This document shows, one piece after another, positions 37,811-50,673 of a stretch of DNA of 64,000 nucleotides. The notes beneath the pieces were generated by a model. That model ran no database searches, was not told the origin of the DNA, and worked only from the letters and a program-made list of their open reading frames with translations. The position numbers were made by a program, and so were the translations under genes. The stretch is from Chiloscyllium plagiosum (Eukaryota), in the NCBI RefSeq assembly GCF_004010195.1, contig NC_057718.1, forward strand, positions 84,129,730 through 84,193,729. The letters are read 5' to 3'. How positions within the stretch are numbered: the first letter of the stretch is position 1; every line of letters starts with the position of its first letter.

Positions 37811-38209
37811 CATATGAAGGGTATACCCCAAGCATCCTTGGGTAAGGAGTGCCTGGTTTTTGGCTTTGTGACAGTGCAGAAGAAGAGAAATTTGCTCAAG
37901 TCAAGATGGTGTGTGACTTGGAGCAGCATTTCATGCATCTGTACCCCTTTCCACCTCAGTGGTAAGAGGAACTACCAAATAAGTTTTTTTTAATAATTGT
38001 TGCTAGGTTGTCAGTGTCACTGGCTCAGATTTATTTATTTCAGTTTTTATTTCTCGTCACTAATTGCTGTGGAGCAATGGTCACAAGTGGCTTTCTTGAA
38101 CTGCTGTAGTCTTTGGGTGTAGGGATGCTCACAATATTGTGAGGAAAGGATTTCCAGGATTTTGACCCAGCGACAGTGAAGGAATGGTGATATAGTTTCA
38201 AATTAGGAC

Positions 38210-38786
38210 TTGAGTTATACAGGGATTTGGTTAGGCCACTTTTGGAATACTGTGTTCGTTTCTGGTCTCCCTGTTATTGGAAAGATATTGTTAAACTTGA
38301 AAGGTTGCAGAAAAGATGTGCCAGGATTTTGCTGGGGTTGGAAGGTTTGAGTTATAGGTAGATGCTGAATAGGCTGGGGCTATTTTCCCTGGAGAGTCAG
38401 AAGTTGAGGGGTGACCTTATAGAGGTGTGTAAAACGATGAGGGGCATGGATAGAGTGACTAGCCAAGTCTTTTTCCCAGGGTAGGGGAGTCCAAAATTAG
38501 AGGGCATAGGTTAAAGGTGAGAGGGGAAAGATTTAAAAGGGACCTAAGGGGCAATTATTTCACGTAGAAGTTGGTGCATGTGTGGAATGAGCTGTCAGAT
38601 GAAATAGTAGAGGCTTGTACAATTACAACATTTAAAAGGCATCTGGATGGATACAAGAACAGGAAGAATTTAGAGGGATATGGGCCAAATGCTGGCAAAT
38701 GCAACTGGATTAATTTAGGATATTAGGTCAGCATGAACGAGTTGGACTGAAGCGTCTGTTTTCCGTGCTTACATCTCAATGACTTA
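38210..38786 (+). mobile_element. CR1 3' fragment
   Basis: ttggttaggccacttttggaatactgtg through to the 3' tail. Confidence 0.88.
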
Positions 38787-38827
38787 GAGTGGAACTTGCA
38801 GGTAGTGGTATTGCCAAGTATCTGGGC

Positions 38828-39146
38828 ATGTTGGCTGAGAGCACTAGGGACCCAGCATTCGATTCCACCCTCTGGCGATCTTCTGTGTGGAGTTTGCACA
38901 TTCTCCCTGTGCCTGCGTGGGTTTCCTTCCGATTTCTCTGGTTTCTTCCCGTAGTCCAAAGCTGTACAAGTTAGGTGGATTGGCCATGCTAAATTGCCCA
39001 TAGTGTCCAAGGATGTGAAGACTAGATGAATTAACCATGGGAAATGCAGGGTTACAGTGAAAAGAGTAAGGTTGGATGTTCTTTGGAGGGTCAGTATGGA
39101 CTCCATGGGCCAAATGGCCTGCTTCCACACTGTAGGGATTCTATGA
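38828..39146 (+). mobile_element. HE1-like SINE
   Basis: tgtgtggagtttgcacattctccc core and actgtagggattctatga tail. Confidence 0.85.
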
Positions 39147-39544
39147 TCTGCTCTTGTTCATCGTGGTGGTAGAGGTCAAGGGTTTGGAGGGTGCTAATAG
39201 AGAAGCCTTGGTGAGTTACTGTACTGCAACTTGTAAATTGTACAGACTATTGCCACTATATGTTAATGGCAAAGAGTGTGAATGTTGAAGATGGTGAATA
39301 GGCTTCCAGTCAAGCGGGCTACCTTGTCTTGAATGATGCTCAGTTTCTTGACTGTTGTTGGGACTGCACTCATCCAGACCAGGAATCTTCAATCACATTG
39401 AGTTTCATAGATTGTGGAAAGGCACTGGGGGAACAGATGGTCATTCACTTGCTGCAGATTTCCTAACATCTGATTGGCTCTTCCAGCCACAATATTTATA
39501 TTTCTATGTGATTGGTTGAGTTATTCTAATATGTATATACATAC

Positions 39545-40045
39545 AAATTAGGACAGTAATATGCCATACAGCCCCTACAGCCTTCTCTGTCATTAAGAAA
39601 GATCATGGCTTATTTGATTGTGACCTCAAATTGGAAAATTCTCCCAACTCATTCTTCGAAACTCCAGGGCATATAGCCCTTATCAATCTCATCTCTCTTC
39701 GTATGTCAGTCCTACCAAATCAGGGACCAACTTGGTAAGCATTTGTTGCACTTCCTCAATAGCCAGAAAATTCTTCCTCAGGTAAAGACACAAAAATTGC
39801 TCACAATATTCTGCATATGATCTGACCAAGATCCAGTACAGTTGCAGCAAGACATCAGTGCTCCTGTACTCAAATCCCTTTGTGAGGCAGGTCAGCGTAC
39901 CACTCGCCGCCTTCACTGCCTCCAGGTCTGCATGCTTAGTTTCAGCAACTGGTATACAAGGACACCCAGATCTCGTTGCACCTTACCCTTTTCTAGTCTA
40001 TCACCATTGAGATAATCTGCCTTCCTGTTTTTGCTACCAAAATGG
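39545..40045 (-). mobile_element. CR1 fragment
   Basis: KGFEYRSTDVLLQLYWILVRSYAEYCEQF on the minus strand. Confidence 0.8.
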
Positions 40046-41773
40046 AGTGACTTGAAGGTGGCAATAGAGTAACATGACATTTTGTCTATCTGTTGTTTCT
40101 ATTATTCCTTCTGTCTTGTCCTTGCATTCTTTGAAAATTTTCTTGCCAGAAATTAAATTGAGCTTCAAAATGAGTCATTCATTGCTATGCAGAACAGTTT
40201 GAAAGATGTGGGGTAACTTTTTAATGAAGCATCAAGATTCAGATCTGATTTTCCTCATTATCTGTGAAGTATTTTATTGTTGAAAACATTACTGACTGCG
40301 CCATTTGAAAAGTGTACACAGGAGGAGTTGAGTCCAAGATCTAATAAATGTCAGTTGCTTGGATGCTCAAATCTGTTTCTCTTTACTGTATCATTTTAGC
40401 CCACATCATGTCAGCCATTAGCTTCTTTTAAGGCCACCTTAAAGCATTTCACACTAAATTACATATTGCACTAACCATTTGAGTAAAGATCTTTTATTTC
40501 TCTGAGGTCTGAGTTGTAATTTCACCCATGTCAACCAGTTGAAAACAGGTAGTGTGATGAAAACCTCAGTGCTGTTTGTACGAGCTTGCAGGCTGCATTT
40601 TTCTTGCATTAGATTTGTGGCTATACTCAAAGATGTACTTAATTGGCCATTTCATTTTGGAATATTCTGAGACTGAATATATATGTTGAATAAAGTTTTC
40701 TTTATTTCCTTTATCCGCTCCCTTCATTCATTCTCACCTTAACTACAGAATTTATTTTCTTCAAAATCATAAAGTATTTTGGGAAAAACAATACTGTAAT
40801 TTATATGGCACTTTTCAAAACATCCCAAAACATTTTAAAGCCAATGAAAAGCTTTTTGAGGTATAATTTTAAATATACATTGTAGAGCTTCCTACATTTC
40901 AGTCAAATTGCACAGAATGACCACATTAGTGACATTGCTAAAAACGAAAGGAACCTTCACACCAAAAAGATGCTATAATTTAGGCAACAAAATAAAACTA
41001 TGGTCTTAATACATTTTGAGAAACCTACTAAGGTCTTTGAAAGAGTAAATGATCCTGATCATTGCCAAGCTAGTTTTATGTGTTTTATATACACTGGGTG
41101 GAAAACCTTTTTTTTTTCAGTAGTTTATTGTAAGCACATTACAATCTGGTATCTTGCCAGCTAGACATGCGACTGACACTTTGGTCATATTATTGTACAT
41201 ACAGCACCTTTAGAGTTCAGATATCAACTGGTTAGGGCAGTAAGAGGCACATACATACAGCTCAGGTTGGCAGTATACTGTCTTCAAACTCTTAAATTAA
41301 GGGCGTTGATTTTGTTGAAAATAGAGGATGACGTTCATTATGTCCGACAAATACTGCCCACTAACATTGCATGTTAGCCCAACTATATGTCTTCCCATGA
41401 TGATTTCTTCATCCCAGCTTTGAAAAGTAATCACAAGCTCTGCTCTCTCAGCTCTGATTTCATTGTGGATTAATACAGCAATATCAAGCAGACTGTATTG
41501 TAACAGAAACCTTTCCAGTGTAGTGTAAACAGTAAATGGACTTTGGACTGTTTTGTAGTTTAATAAGCTTCAAATACCTTCACAACAAAAAAAAAGTTTT
41601 CCAAACCCCCATTGTGCACAGTATTTTGATAATGAAATATTAAACCTTTGGAATTGGACAAGTAGAAATGTATTTTGGTGGGGTGGGTTTGCATTGATTT
41701 CATTTTCTGGGAAGAGATCAAAGTATCTGTTATGACCAATCCTCTGATGTAAACATCCACATTGTTATTCCAG

Positions 41774-41985
41774 ATATGTTTTGGAAGATAAAAGCCCCTA
41801 TGCACGAACAGGGAAGTTAAACCAGTATGCTGAGCTTTGGGGAGCTAAAGGTGAAAATAACAAGAAGTTGTTGGACACATTTGAGGAACAGCTAAGATCT
41901 TTACATCTACAAGATCAATCGTCAATCAAAGACAGCATCCCAGACCAGCACCTGACTGTTGATCAACTGATGATCCGATACAAAG
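41774..41985 (+). CDS. DHX57: DHX57 coding exon
   Basis: ttccag|A...AAAG|gtagg. YVLEDKSPYAR...LRSLHLQDQSSIKDSIPDQHLTVDQLMIRYK. Phase 2 in, 1 out. Confidence 0.94.
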
Positions 41986-42760
41986 GTAGGTTTCTGCAAA
42001 AAAAAAACAGTATTTTCCTATGCGTGACTGCTATTCAAAGAAACGATAAAATTGCTAAACAAACCATCCTTATAGCTTTAGGAAGTGATTTAAATCTGGC
42101 CACAATATTAATTTATAGACTGAATCTCCCCAAAACTTGTTGGCATTCTTGGCCAATGTAACTTGGTTGCTAGTGAATATGTGACACAAGAATTGCAATC
42201 TTACTTAATGTGATGATCCAATGATGGTAATACTGGACATACCCCTGAATGAAACCTAGCTTTATTGATCATATATTTCATTTTTACAATTGGTTATTGT
42301 GGTGGTTAGTCACTAAAACATACTCACTTGAGGCCACAGTTGTTCGTAAACAACAGAACGTAATCCTTACGCAAAGAAAAAAAAGACATATGACAGAAAA
42401 ATCTTTATACAAACAGCCTAACAAAGAATCATGCCAGAGAAATTTCACTCCTATCTGAATTCTTTAAGCTTTTATTCAACTGGCTCTTTTCAGTTTCTTG
42501 GATGGCAGAGACATTTTCACAAGTCTTTTCTGATCAACTGGCATGAACATTGTGCAATCTGATATCCCACACCTTTTCACGTCCAACAATGTGATCAAAA
42601 TCCAAACTCTCCAGGCTTGGGAACTGCATAGAATATAGAACTTTGGCTAGCTGAACTAAGATCTTGTACTCCTGCTAGGAAAAACTGTTTTGCCTTCAAA
42701 ACTGATCTCTTGATTCTATTGAATTGAACACTTGAGCCTTCTATTCTGAAGTCAAAACTA

Positions 42761-43260
42761 NNNNNNNNNNNNNNNNNNNNNNNNNNNNNNNNNNNNNNNN
42801 NNNNNNNNNNNNNNNNNNNNNNNNNNNNNNNNNNNNNNNNNNNNNNNNNNNNNNNNNNNNNNNNNNNNNNNNNNNNNNNNNNNNNNNNNNNNNNNNNNNN
42901 NNNNNNNNNNNNNNNNNNNNNNNNNNNNNNNNNNNNNNNNNNNNNNNNNNNNNNNNNNNNNNNNNNNNNNNNNNNNNNNNNNNNNNNNNNNNNNNNNNNN
43001 NNNNNNNNNNNNNNNNNNNNNNNNNNNNNNNNNNNNNNNNNNNNNNNNNNNNNNNNNNNNNNNNNNNNNNNNNNNNNNNNNNNNNNNNNNNNNNNNNNNN
43101 NNNNNNNNNNNNNNNNNNNNNNNNNNNNNNNNNNNNNNNNNNNNNNNNNNNNNNNNNNNNNNNNNNNNNNNNNNNNNNNNNNNNNNNNNNNNNNNNNNNN
43201 NNNNNNNNNNNNNNNNNNNNNNNNNNNNNNNNNNNNNNNNNNNNNNNNNNNNNNNNNNNN
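42761..43260. other. Assembly gap (500 N)
   Basis: Run of N. Confidence 1.
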
Positions 43261-44565
43261 TTCTCACACACACACAGGCACAGACACTTTGAGCTTCCCG
43301 CAACAACTCCTCTAGCTTTTGAATATTCTTCTGGACGTCTGGCCATAAGTTAGTTACGAAGTGCACCCTCAGTAGCCCTTCTGACACGGGCTGTTTTCCA
43401 TTGATATATGCTTTATTTTATATATCGCCAATTCCCCGTACTTTCGTAAGTCCCAACCACCAAGGTAATACTTAAAGGTCTCTTTTCTTACCTTGGTCTG
43501 TGCACAGAGTTACCTGGTCGTTTTGGTGCGCCCCGCCCACGGCAATTCCTGCAGCAAATACTGCTGCCCCCAGTCGCCCGGATATATCCTTTAAGACCTT
43601 TCCCTACCCGGGTCTTGTGCACAAGAGTTGCCCGACCAAACCCACTGCGTCTGCCCACCTTGTTTCCAGGGTCTCCCAGTTCGGATCGTACTCTCCCAAA
43701 CCGCAAACGACAAGCAAGGGAATCGGAGATCACCGAAATCGGCGAGGTGCACCTTCCCCGTCGTCCCAAGAGTGTCGAGCGGTCGGAGATTTGGATCCCG
43801 GAACGAGGCCCCCAATTGTGAGAAACAGAACTCACTCACAAATCAGCCTGAGACAAAGCCTTGGAAACAAGAACAATTTATTACGGCCTTGCAAGTATCG
43901 GACACTTCTGCAATCAAGCAGAAATGCCCGCGAAAACAGAGCATGTAAGCATTCTTATTCAGTTTGTAAGTTGCGGAATCACTCCTCCCTTTTCCCATCC
44001 TATCATAAGCCGAATACCTCACTTGTTTTTTTTCTAGTTATTTTCTTATCTGGCCATCCTGCTGTCCTTGTATGTCTGCATTCTTTGTTCCTTGTTTCTC
44101 AGAGCTTGTTCTTTTATCCAGTTTCTCTTATACTATAAGCTTTGTTGTGAAATGCCCCTGCTGCTTCTTTTTGTGGTCAGCTACAACCCTTCATAGTTAT
44201 TTCCTAGCTTAAAACTATTTTCTTTAAAAGACCCTCTATATTCATTAAAGTCTTAGCCTTAAGTATGCCACATGCTACAAGAATTCTGCGACCATTTGTA
44301 TAATGTTCCCCTTCCCCTCCCTCCACAACACCCCCTCCCCCACCTGCAGAAACTACACTTCTAATCTCCCACATTTTATTTTCTTGTTCTGGAGTTAGAG
44401 TGCATTGTTAAGCCAGTTAGTTAATTTCAGTCAACCAATTAGTGCAAGGGGAACCTATTCCTATATAAGCCATCGGAAGAAAGACGTGTCCTATGAAGCA
44501 TTTACAGTTCCTTATTGGGGGAAAAAAAAACAAACAGGCCTAATTAACAAAGACGAAGATATCAT
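43261..44565 (-). mobile_element. Endogenous retrovirus / LTR element: 5' LTR, tRNA-Pro PBS and leader, cut off by the gap (upstream LTR boundary uncertain)
   Basis: Minus strand: AATAAA (43877-43882), LTR end ...CTCACA (43817), AT, then TGGGGGCCTCGTTCCGGGAT (43814-43795), an AAG|GTAAG donor (about 43487-43494) and a TG-repeat leader. Confidence 0.75.
43795..43814 (-). promoter_or_regulatory. Primer-binding site complementary to the tRNA-Pro 3' end
   Basis: TGGGGGC(C)TCGT(T)CCGGGAT versus the canonical Pro PBS TGGGGGCTCGTCCGGGAT: two single-base insertions. Located 2 nt after a CA LTR end. Confidence 0.78.
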
Positions 44566-44597
44566 AGGTTCAATTTTTCTACCATAAAAGTTTGAGA

Positions 44598-47085
44598 TGG
44601 AGTCAGACAGCTTGGTAACAGACCTTTCAGTCCAAATTGTCAAGGCCAACCAAGTTTCCCAAACTACTAGGCCCATTTGTCTGCATTTGGCCCACATTCC
44701 TCCAAACCTCACTTATTCATGTACCTATCTAAATGTTTTTGAAATATTGTAACTCTACCTACATCTACCACTTCCTCTGCAGTTCATTCCACATACTAAC
44801 TAACTACTGTGTGAAAATGTTGCCCCTTGGGTTCATTTTAAATCTTTTTCCTCTCACCTTAAAAATGTGCCCCTTAGTTTTGAACTCTCCCATTCCAGGG
44901 TAAGACCTTTGCTATTCACCTTATCTATGCCCCTTATGATTTTATAAACTACTATAAGGCCATCCTCAACATCCTGTGCACCAATGAAAGAAAAGTTCCT
45001 AGCTTATCCATATAACTCAAACCCTCCAGGCCCAACAATATCCTGGTAAATCTTTTCTCAACCCTTTTTCCAATTTAGTAACATCCTTTCTGTAGCAGGA
45101 TGACGAGAACTGTACACAGTACTCTAAAAGAGGCCTCTCATCATCCTGTACAATCTCAATGTGACATCCCAACTCCTATACTCAGTGGTCTGAGAAATCA
45201 TGGCAAGCTTGTTGAATGCAGCCTTAACCACCCTGTCTATTTATGATGCCTGAACCTCTAGATCTCTCTGTTCGACAACACTACTTAGGGTCCTGCCATT
45301 AACTGTACAAGTCCTGCCCTTTTCATTTCACCAAAATGCAATAACTCGCATTTATCCAAATTAAATGCCATCTACCACTCTGCACCCCATTGGCAGAATT
45401 GATCAAGATTTGTTTGTAATCTTAGATAACCAATGTTGGTGTCATCTGCAAAATTACTAACCGTGCCTCATAAATTCTCACCTAAATTGTCTATATAAAT
45501 GACAAACAAAAGTGAACCCAGCACCGATACTTACACAATACAGTTGGTCACAGGCCTCCAGTTCGAAAAACAACCCTCCACCACCATCCTCTGTCTCCTA
45601 CTGTCAAGCCAATTTTGTATCCAATTGGCAAGCTCTCTCTGAATCCCATGTGATCTAACTTTACTAATTAATCTATCATGTGGAACCTTGTCAAAGACTT
45701 TACTAAAGTCCATGTAGACAATATCTACTGCTCTGTCCTCATCAATCTTTTTGGTTACATCCGCAAAATAAAAAGTTAGCCAAGTTTGAGAGACTTGATT
45801 TCCCACGCACGAAGCCATGCTGAAAATCCCTAATCAGTCTTTGCATCTCCAAATGCATGTAAATCCTATCTCTCAGAATTCCCTCCAACAACTTATCCAC
45901 CACTAATGTCAAATTCACAGGTCCGTAGTTCCCAGGCATCCCCTTAGAGCCTTTCTTAACTAAAGGCACAACATTAGCCACCCTATGATCCTCCAGCACC
46001 TGACCTATTCTATAGAAGTTACAAATATCTGTGCTAGGGGCCCCGCAATTTCTTCCCTAACGTCCCACGACATCCTGGGAGACACTTGATCAGGTCCTGG
46101 AGAATTATCCACTTTTTGTCTTTTAAGATCTCCAGCACTTCCTGTTTGTAATGTGGACTGTTTTCAGTCTGAAGTCACATGACACAGGTCATACTCCAAC
46201 AGGTTTAGTTGAAATCGCAAGCTTTCCTTCGTCAGGTGAAGTGACATGTCACCTGATGAAGGAGCAGCACTCTGAAAGCATGTAATTTCAAATAAAACTG
46301 TTGGACTATAATCTGTCATGTGACTTCTGACTTTGTCCACCCCAGTCCAATACCGGTGTCTCCACATCATGACTGTTTTCAAGATGTCAGTATTTATTTC
46401 CCCAAGTTCCCTAGCCCACATTTCTTTCTCCACAGTAAAAACTGACATACAATATTCATTTCATATCTTTCCCATCTCCTGTGGTTCCACTCATTGACCT
46501 CCTTGGTGATCTTTAAGGCGCCGTATTTTTCCCCTAGTGGCCCTTTTGCTCTTAATGTATTTGTAGAATCGCTTAACATTATCTGCCAAAGCTATCTCAT
46601 ATCCCCTATTTTCCTTCTTGCTTTCCCTCTTAATAATGTCCCCATACCCTTTGTACTCTTCAAGAGATTCACTTGATCCCTGTAGTCTATACATAATATA
46701 TGACAACTCCTTATTCTTGAGCAGACCTTCAAAATCTTTATTCATCCATTGTTCCCTACTCTTGCTAGCCTTACCCTTTACTCTAACCGGGGCATAATGC
46801 TTCTGAATTCTCATTATCTCATGTTTGAAAGTCTCCTACTTGCCAGTCACCCCTTCACCTGTGAACAGTCTGTTCCAATCAACTTTTGAAAGTTCTGTCT
46901 CGTAACATCAAAATTTGTCTTACTCCAATTTAGAATTTTAACTTTTACACTAGACCTACCCTTTTCTCCAATTATTTTAAAACTAGTAGAACTACGATCA
47001 CTAGTCCCTAAGTGCTCCCATACCAACACTTCAGTCACTTGCCGTGCCTTATTTCCCAAGAGAAGGACGTTTTGCTCCTTCTCTA
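44598..47085 (-). mobile_element. CR1 LINE ORF2 (EN end to 3' tail), degraded
   Basis: HLGTSDRS, ANVVPLVKKG...NYGPVNLT, QHGFVRGKS and VDIVYMDFSKVFDKVPH on the minus strand. Confidence 0.92.
46167..46370. mobile_element. Short fold-back element of a second PLE-related family, with hammerhead core
   Basis: 11-bp TSD gactgttttca (46156-46166, 46371-46381). Imperfect inverted repeat 46167-46331. CTGATGA-A-GGAG-CAGCA-CTCT-GAAA at 46253-46277. Confidence 0.85.
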
Positions 47086-47604
47086 GTAATCTTGTCAAAG
47101 ATCCAATATTATACAGAATATTGGTTTGCCTAAACTGATACGCAAGATTACAGTGTAATCCAATTTCCCATACAGTCCTTGATCTTTGAAGCTTTTTGTG
47201 CATTGAGCACTCTGTCGATCTCTCCTCAATTGTTCAGAAAGTGGGGCTCCTTGCACTTGGTTTCCCTTGTAACTCTGATTGTAGCAACAACATTCCTAGA
47301 AATTAATACTATTCTGGCATTGGTATTGCTAACATAGGGTCAACTTTCAAATATGTACTGGTACTGATGATGCAAATTTTATGATCCACTTCCTCAAATG
47401 ATTCTTGCCTCAGCTCATAAGCCACTTTTTTCACTTTTAATAAACTATTTCAATGGTCTCCTGGCAGACCATCCATCTTGAACCCTCAGATAGCTTCAGC
47501 TTATCCCAAAACTTTGTTCTTTGCATCTTATATTGCACCAACCCCCATCTATCTAAATTAAATATACTTTAAACAGATCTAGTAACTCAAATCTCGACAT
47601 CCAC

Positions 47605-48262
47605 GAGGAGCTGTGGGCCATCATCAACAAGAAAATTGCAATCAAGAATAATCTGAAACCTCATTCCTCAACATATTGCCTAATGTTTTATCACCAAGCC
47701 AGGATGTCAACTCTTGTTCAAGAAGAATGTAGGAGGACATGCTGGGAGCAGTACCAGGCACACCTTATACTGAGTTGTCAGCCTGTCAAAGCTACAACAC
47801 AGGACTACTTGGATGCTAAACTCCATAAGCAGCATGCAACGGACAGTTAAACAATCTCATAATTAACAATCTAAGCTGTGCAGTTCTGCCATATAGCTGT
47901 GAATGGTGGTGAACAATTAAACAATTTGCTGATAAGGAAGCTGCAATTATATTCCTTTCATCAACAATGCTTAACACATCCGTTCAAAAGACATGTTTGA
48001 AGCACCTAAACTTCTCAGCATCAGTCTTCAGCCAGTTTGGTTAACTCTTCGTAATATCAAGAACAGCTGATAGTGCTGAATACTGTAAATATTGTAGTCT
48101 TTGTCAAAATGCTAGTAATAGTACAGAAGACTAGTAATCCAGAATTAGCTGCACCCCTTGTCAAACTCTTCTAGTTCAGCTACAATACAGGCATCTGTAT
48201 AATAATGTGGAAAATTTCCTAAGTATGTCATATCTACGTAAAGTAGGAGAAATACAGCCTGG
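47605..48262 (+). mobile_element. Old internal fragment of the LINE family at 25688-29310
   Basis: Colinear with 26995-27690 (gctgtgggccatca, gaatggtggtg...aattaaacaa, caatgtggaaa). Confidence 0.65.
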
Positions 48263-48511
48263 TCAGAGATGGACTTTTTATGCTTTCTTTATGTAGGATC
48301 AAAAAATGGATTCTGCGTTCATGTGACCTAGAATTTGTGGATTTACTACTAGTTTGCTTTTGTAGATTGTATTCCAATCAAATCCAAGATTAATCTCTGA
48401 ATGGCAGAAAGGATGTGCTAGCTCAGGCACCTGTTAGACACATTCCAGCTACCAAGTGGTGGTCTCTGCGAGCTGTTGCAGCTGGTCATTTTCTGAAATA
48501 GCTGCACTTGT

Positions 48512-48829
48512 GGGCGGCACGGTGGCACAGTGGTTAGCACTGCTGCCTCACAGCGCCGGAGCCCCGGGTTCAATTCCCGCCTCAGGCGACTGACTGTGTG
48601 GAGTTTGCACGTTCTCCCCGTGTCTGCGTGGGTTTCCTCCGGGTGCTCTGGTTTCCTTCACAGTCCAAAGATGTGCAGGTCAGGTGAATTGGCCATGCTA
48701 AATTGCCCGCAGTGTTAGGTAAGGGGTAAATGTAGGGGTATGGGTGGGTTACGCTTCGGCAGGTCGGTGTGGACTTGTTGGGCCGAAGGGCCTGTTTCCA
48801 CACTGTAATGTAATCTAGTAATCTAATCT
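48512..48829 (+). mobile_element. HE1-like SINE, full length, young
   Basis: gggcggcacggtggcacagtggttagcactgctgcctcacagcgcc...gggttcaattcc, CpGs intact, (TAATC)n tail. Confidence 0.93.
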
Positions 48830-50010
48830 CACTGAATCTATTGTGCTTGGCTGTGACCAAAATGAGTAAGATTAAAGTTAAGTCTTATCTTCAAACTCAA
48901 ATTCAATATTGATCTGTAGGTCTGAAGGAATGACTTTGTTCTTAATGGGGTATGGAAGTCTACTAAAAGCATTAGTAATAGTCATTAAGGAGCCTGGTTT
49001 TCATTGTCCTCCAACATCATACCCTTGCATCTTCACAAGTAGGCATTGTAATGAGGGAGGTGCACTTGTGAAGGTTTCGGTTGATCATTTCTAATGATTT
49101 GTGCTTGGTATGATACAATTAAATTCTTGCCAAATAGGTACATATGAAACCAGTATAATCTGTAAAGTAGAGCAGAGAATTTATCTTTCAAATGTTGGAG
49201 CAATTTTCCTAAGTTGCCATAAGGACCAAACATAATTGGCTGGCTGTCCTGTAATAGATATGCTTCGAGGGATGCATCTGGCTTTCAATGCTTGAAGCTT
49301 TGAGGCATCATAATATTGAAAAATACATTGGCTGGATGATGAAGCATTTTTGAGAAATTGAAAGATGTGCTGGTTATCTTCCTGCCACGTGTATGAACAT
49401 AGACGTAGTCATACAGCACAGAAGAGGTCCTTCCACCTAATGAGTCTGTGCTAACCTAACTACACTAATCCCACTTTTCAGCATTTGACCCATAGACTTG
49501 AATGTTATGACATTTCAAGTACATGTTCATGTACATTTTAAACGTTTTGAGGTTTCCTGCCTCTATAATGTTCCCAGGCATTGTATTCCAGATTCCCACC
49601 ATTCTTTGAGTGAAAAATTATTGGCTCAAATCTCCTGAAAAACACATAGCCTTCACCTTAAAATGATGCTGCCCTTGTTTTTGACCTTTCCACTTAGGGG
49701 TGACAGCTGCATTCTATCCACCCTGTCCATGCCCCATATAATCTTACACTGCAATCAAGCCTTTTCTGCTTGAAAGAAAACAGCACAAGCCTATCCAGCC
49801 TCTCTTCTTTGCTAAAATGCTCTAACTCGGGCCACATCCTGGCAAATCTCCTTTGCACCTCTTCCAGTGCAACCACATCTTTCCTGTAGTGTTGCGATCA
49901 GAACTGCATTCAGTGTTCCAGCTGTAGACTCTCCAAAATTTTGTACGGCTCCATAACAATCTTCCTGCTCTTATAATCTGTGTCATGACTGGCTAAAAGC
50001 AAGTATCCTA

Positions 50011-50354
50011 CTTGCGGAACGTTTCAGGGAACACCTCTGGGACACCCGCACGAATCAACCCAACCATCCCGTGGCAGAACACTTTAACTCCCCCTCCCAC
50101 TCCGCCGAGGACATGCAGGTCCTTGGCCTTCTCCATCGCCAGACCCTGACCACGTGACACCTGGAGGAAGAGCGCCTCATCTTCTGCCTAGGAACCCTCC
50201 AACCACACGGGATGAATGTAGATTTCCTGAAGAAGGGCTTATGCCCGAAACGTCGATTCTCCTGCTCCTCGGATGCTGCATGGCCTGCTAAGTTTTTCCA
50301 GCACCGCATTTTTCAACTCTGGTCTCCAGCATCAGCAGTCCTCACTTTCTCCTA
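50011..50354 (+). mobile_element. PLE fragment: GIY-YIG C-terminus joined directly to the hammerhead and 3' tail
   Basis: LAERFREHLWDTRTNQPNHPVAEHFNSPSHS...EERLIFCLGTLQPHGMNVDF, then CTGAAGA...GAAACGTC. Confidence 0.88.
50227..50254 (+). ncRNA. Minimal hammerhead ribozyme core (PLE-type)
   Basis: CUGAAGA-A-GGGC-UUAU-GCCC-GAAA-CGUC: all core nucleotides, a 4-bp stem II, a palindromic ACGU stem III and a GUC cleavage triplet. Stem I is weak, and activity is untested. Confidence 0.7.
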
Positions 50355-50588
50355 GTTAAATTCCATCTACCACTGATCTGTCCATTTAACCAATTCTTCT
50401 ATATCTTCCTGTAACCTTAGACCTCCTTCCTCAATTAACTAACCATCCAATTCTCGTGTACTTCTCAATCCTCGCCACAATCTCATCTATATCATGTATA
50501 TATAACATGAACAGTAAGGGACTCAGAAACAGAAGCAGAAATTGCTCATCTGTAAAGAGAAGTCAGAGTCAAGGTTTCAGTTCAAGTG

Positions 50589-50673
50589 TTGAGAGTGTGT
50601 TACTAGAAAAGCACAGTAGGTCAGGCAGCATCTGAGGAGCAGGAAAATTTATGTTTCGGGCTACAGCCCTTCA
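50589..50673 (-). mobile_element. Short hammerhead-bearing PLE-derived insertion
   Basis: 12-bp TSD tcagttcaagtg (50577-50588, 50674-50685). Minus strand reads CTGATGA-A-GGGC-TGTA-GCCC-GAAA-CAT. Confidence 0.8.

Noticed and set aside
42741..43387. ORFs of about 200 aa
   Set aside because: Artefacts of translating through the N gap.
43500..44138. 212-aa ORF and overlapping ORFs as a novel gene
   Set aside because: They lie over a GC-rich ERV leader/LTR, have no recognisable domain, and are probably chance open frames.
48512..48590. tRNA gene
   Set aside because: The A/B boxes are the head of an HE1-type SINE present about 10 times in the window.
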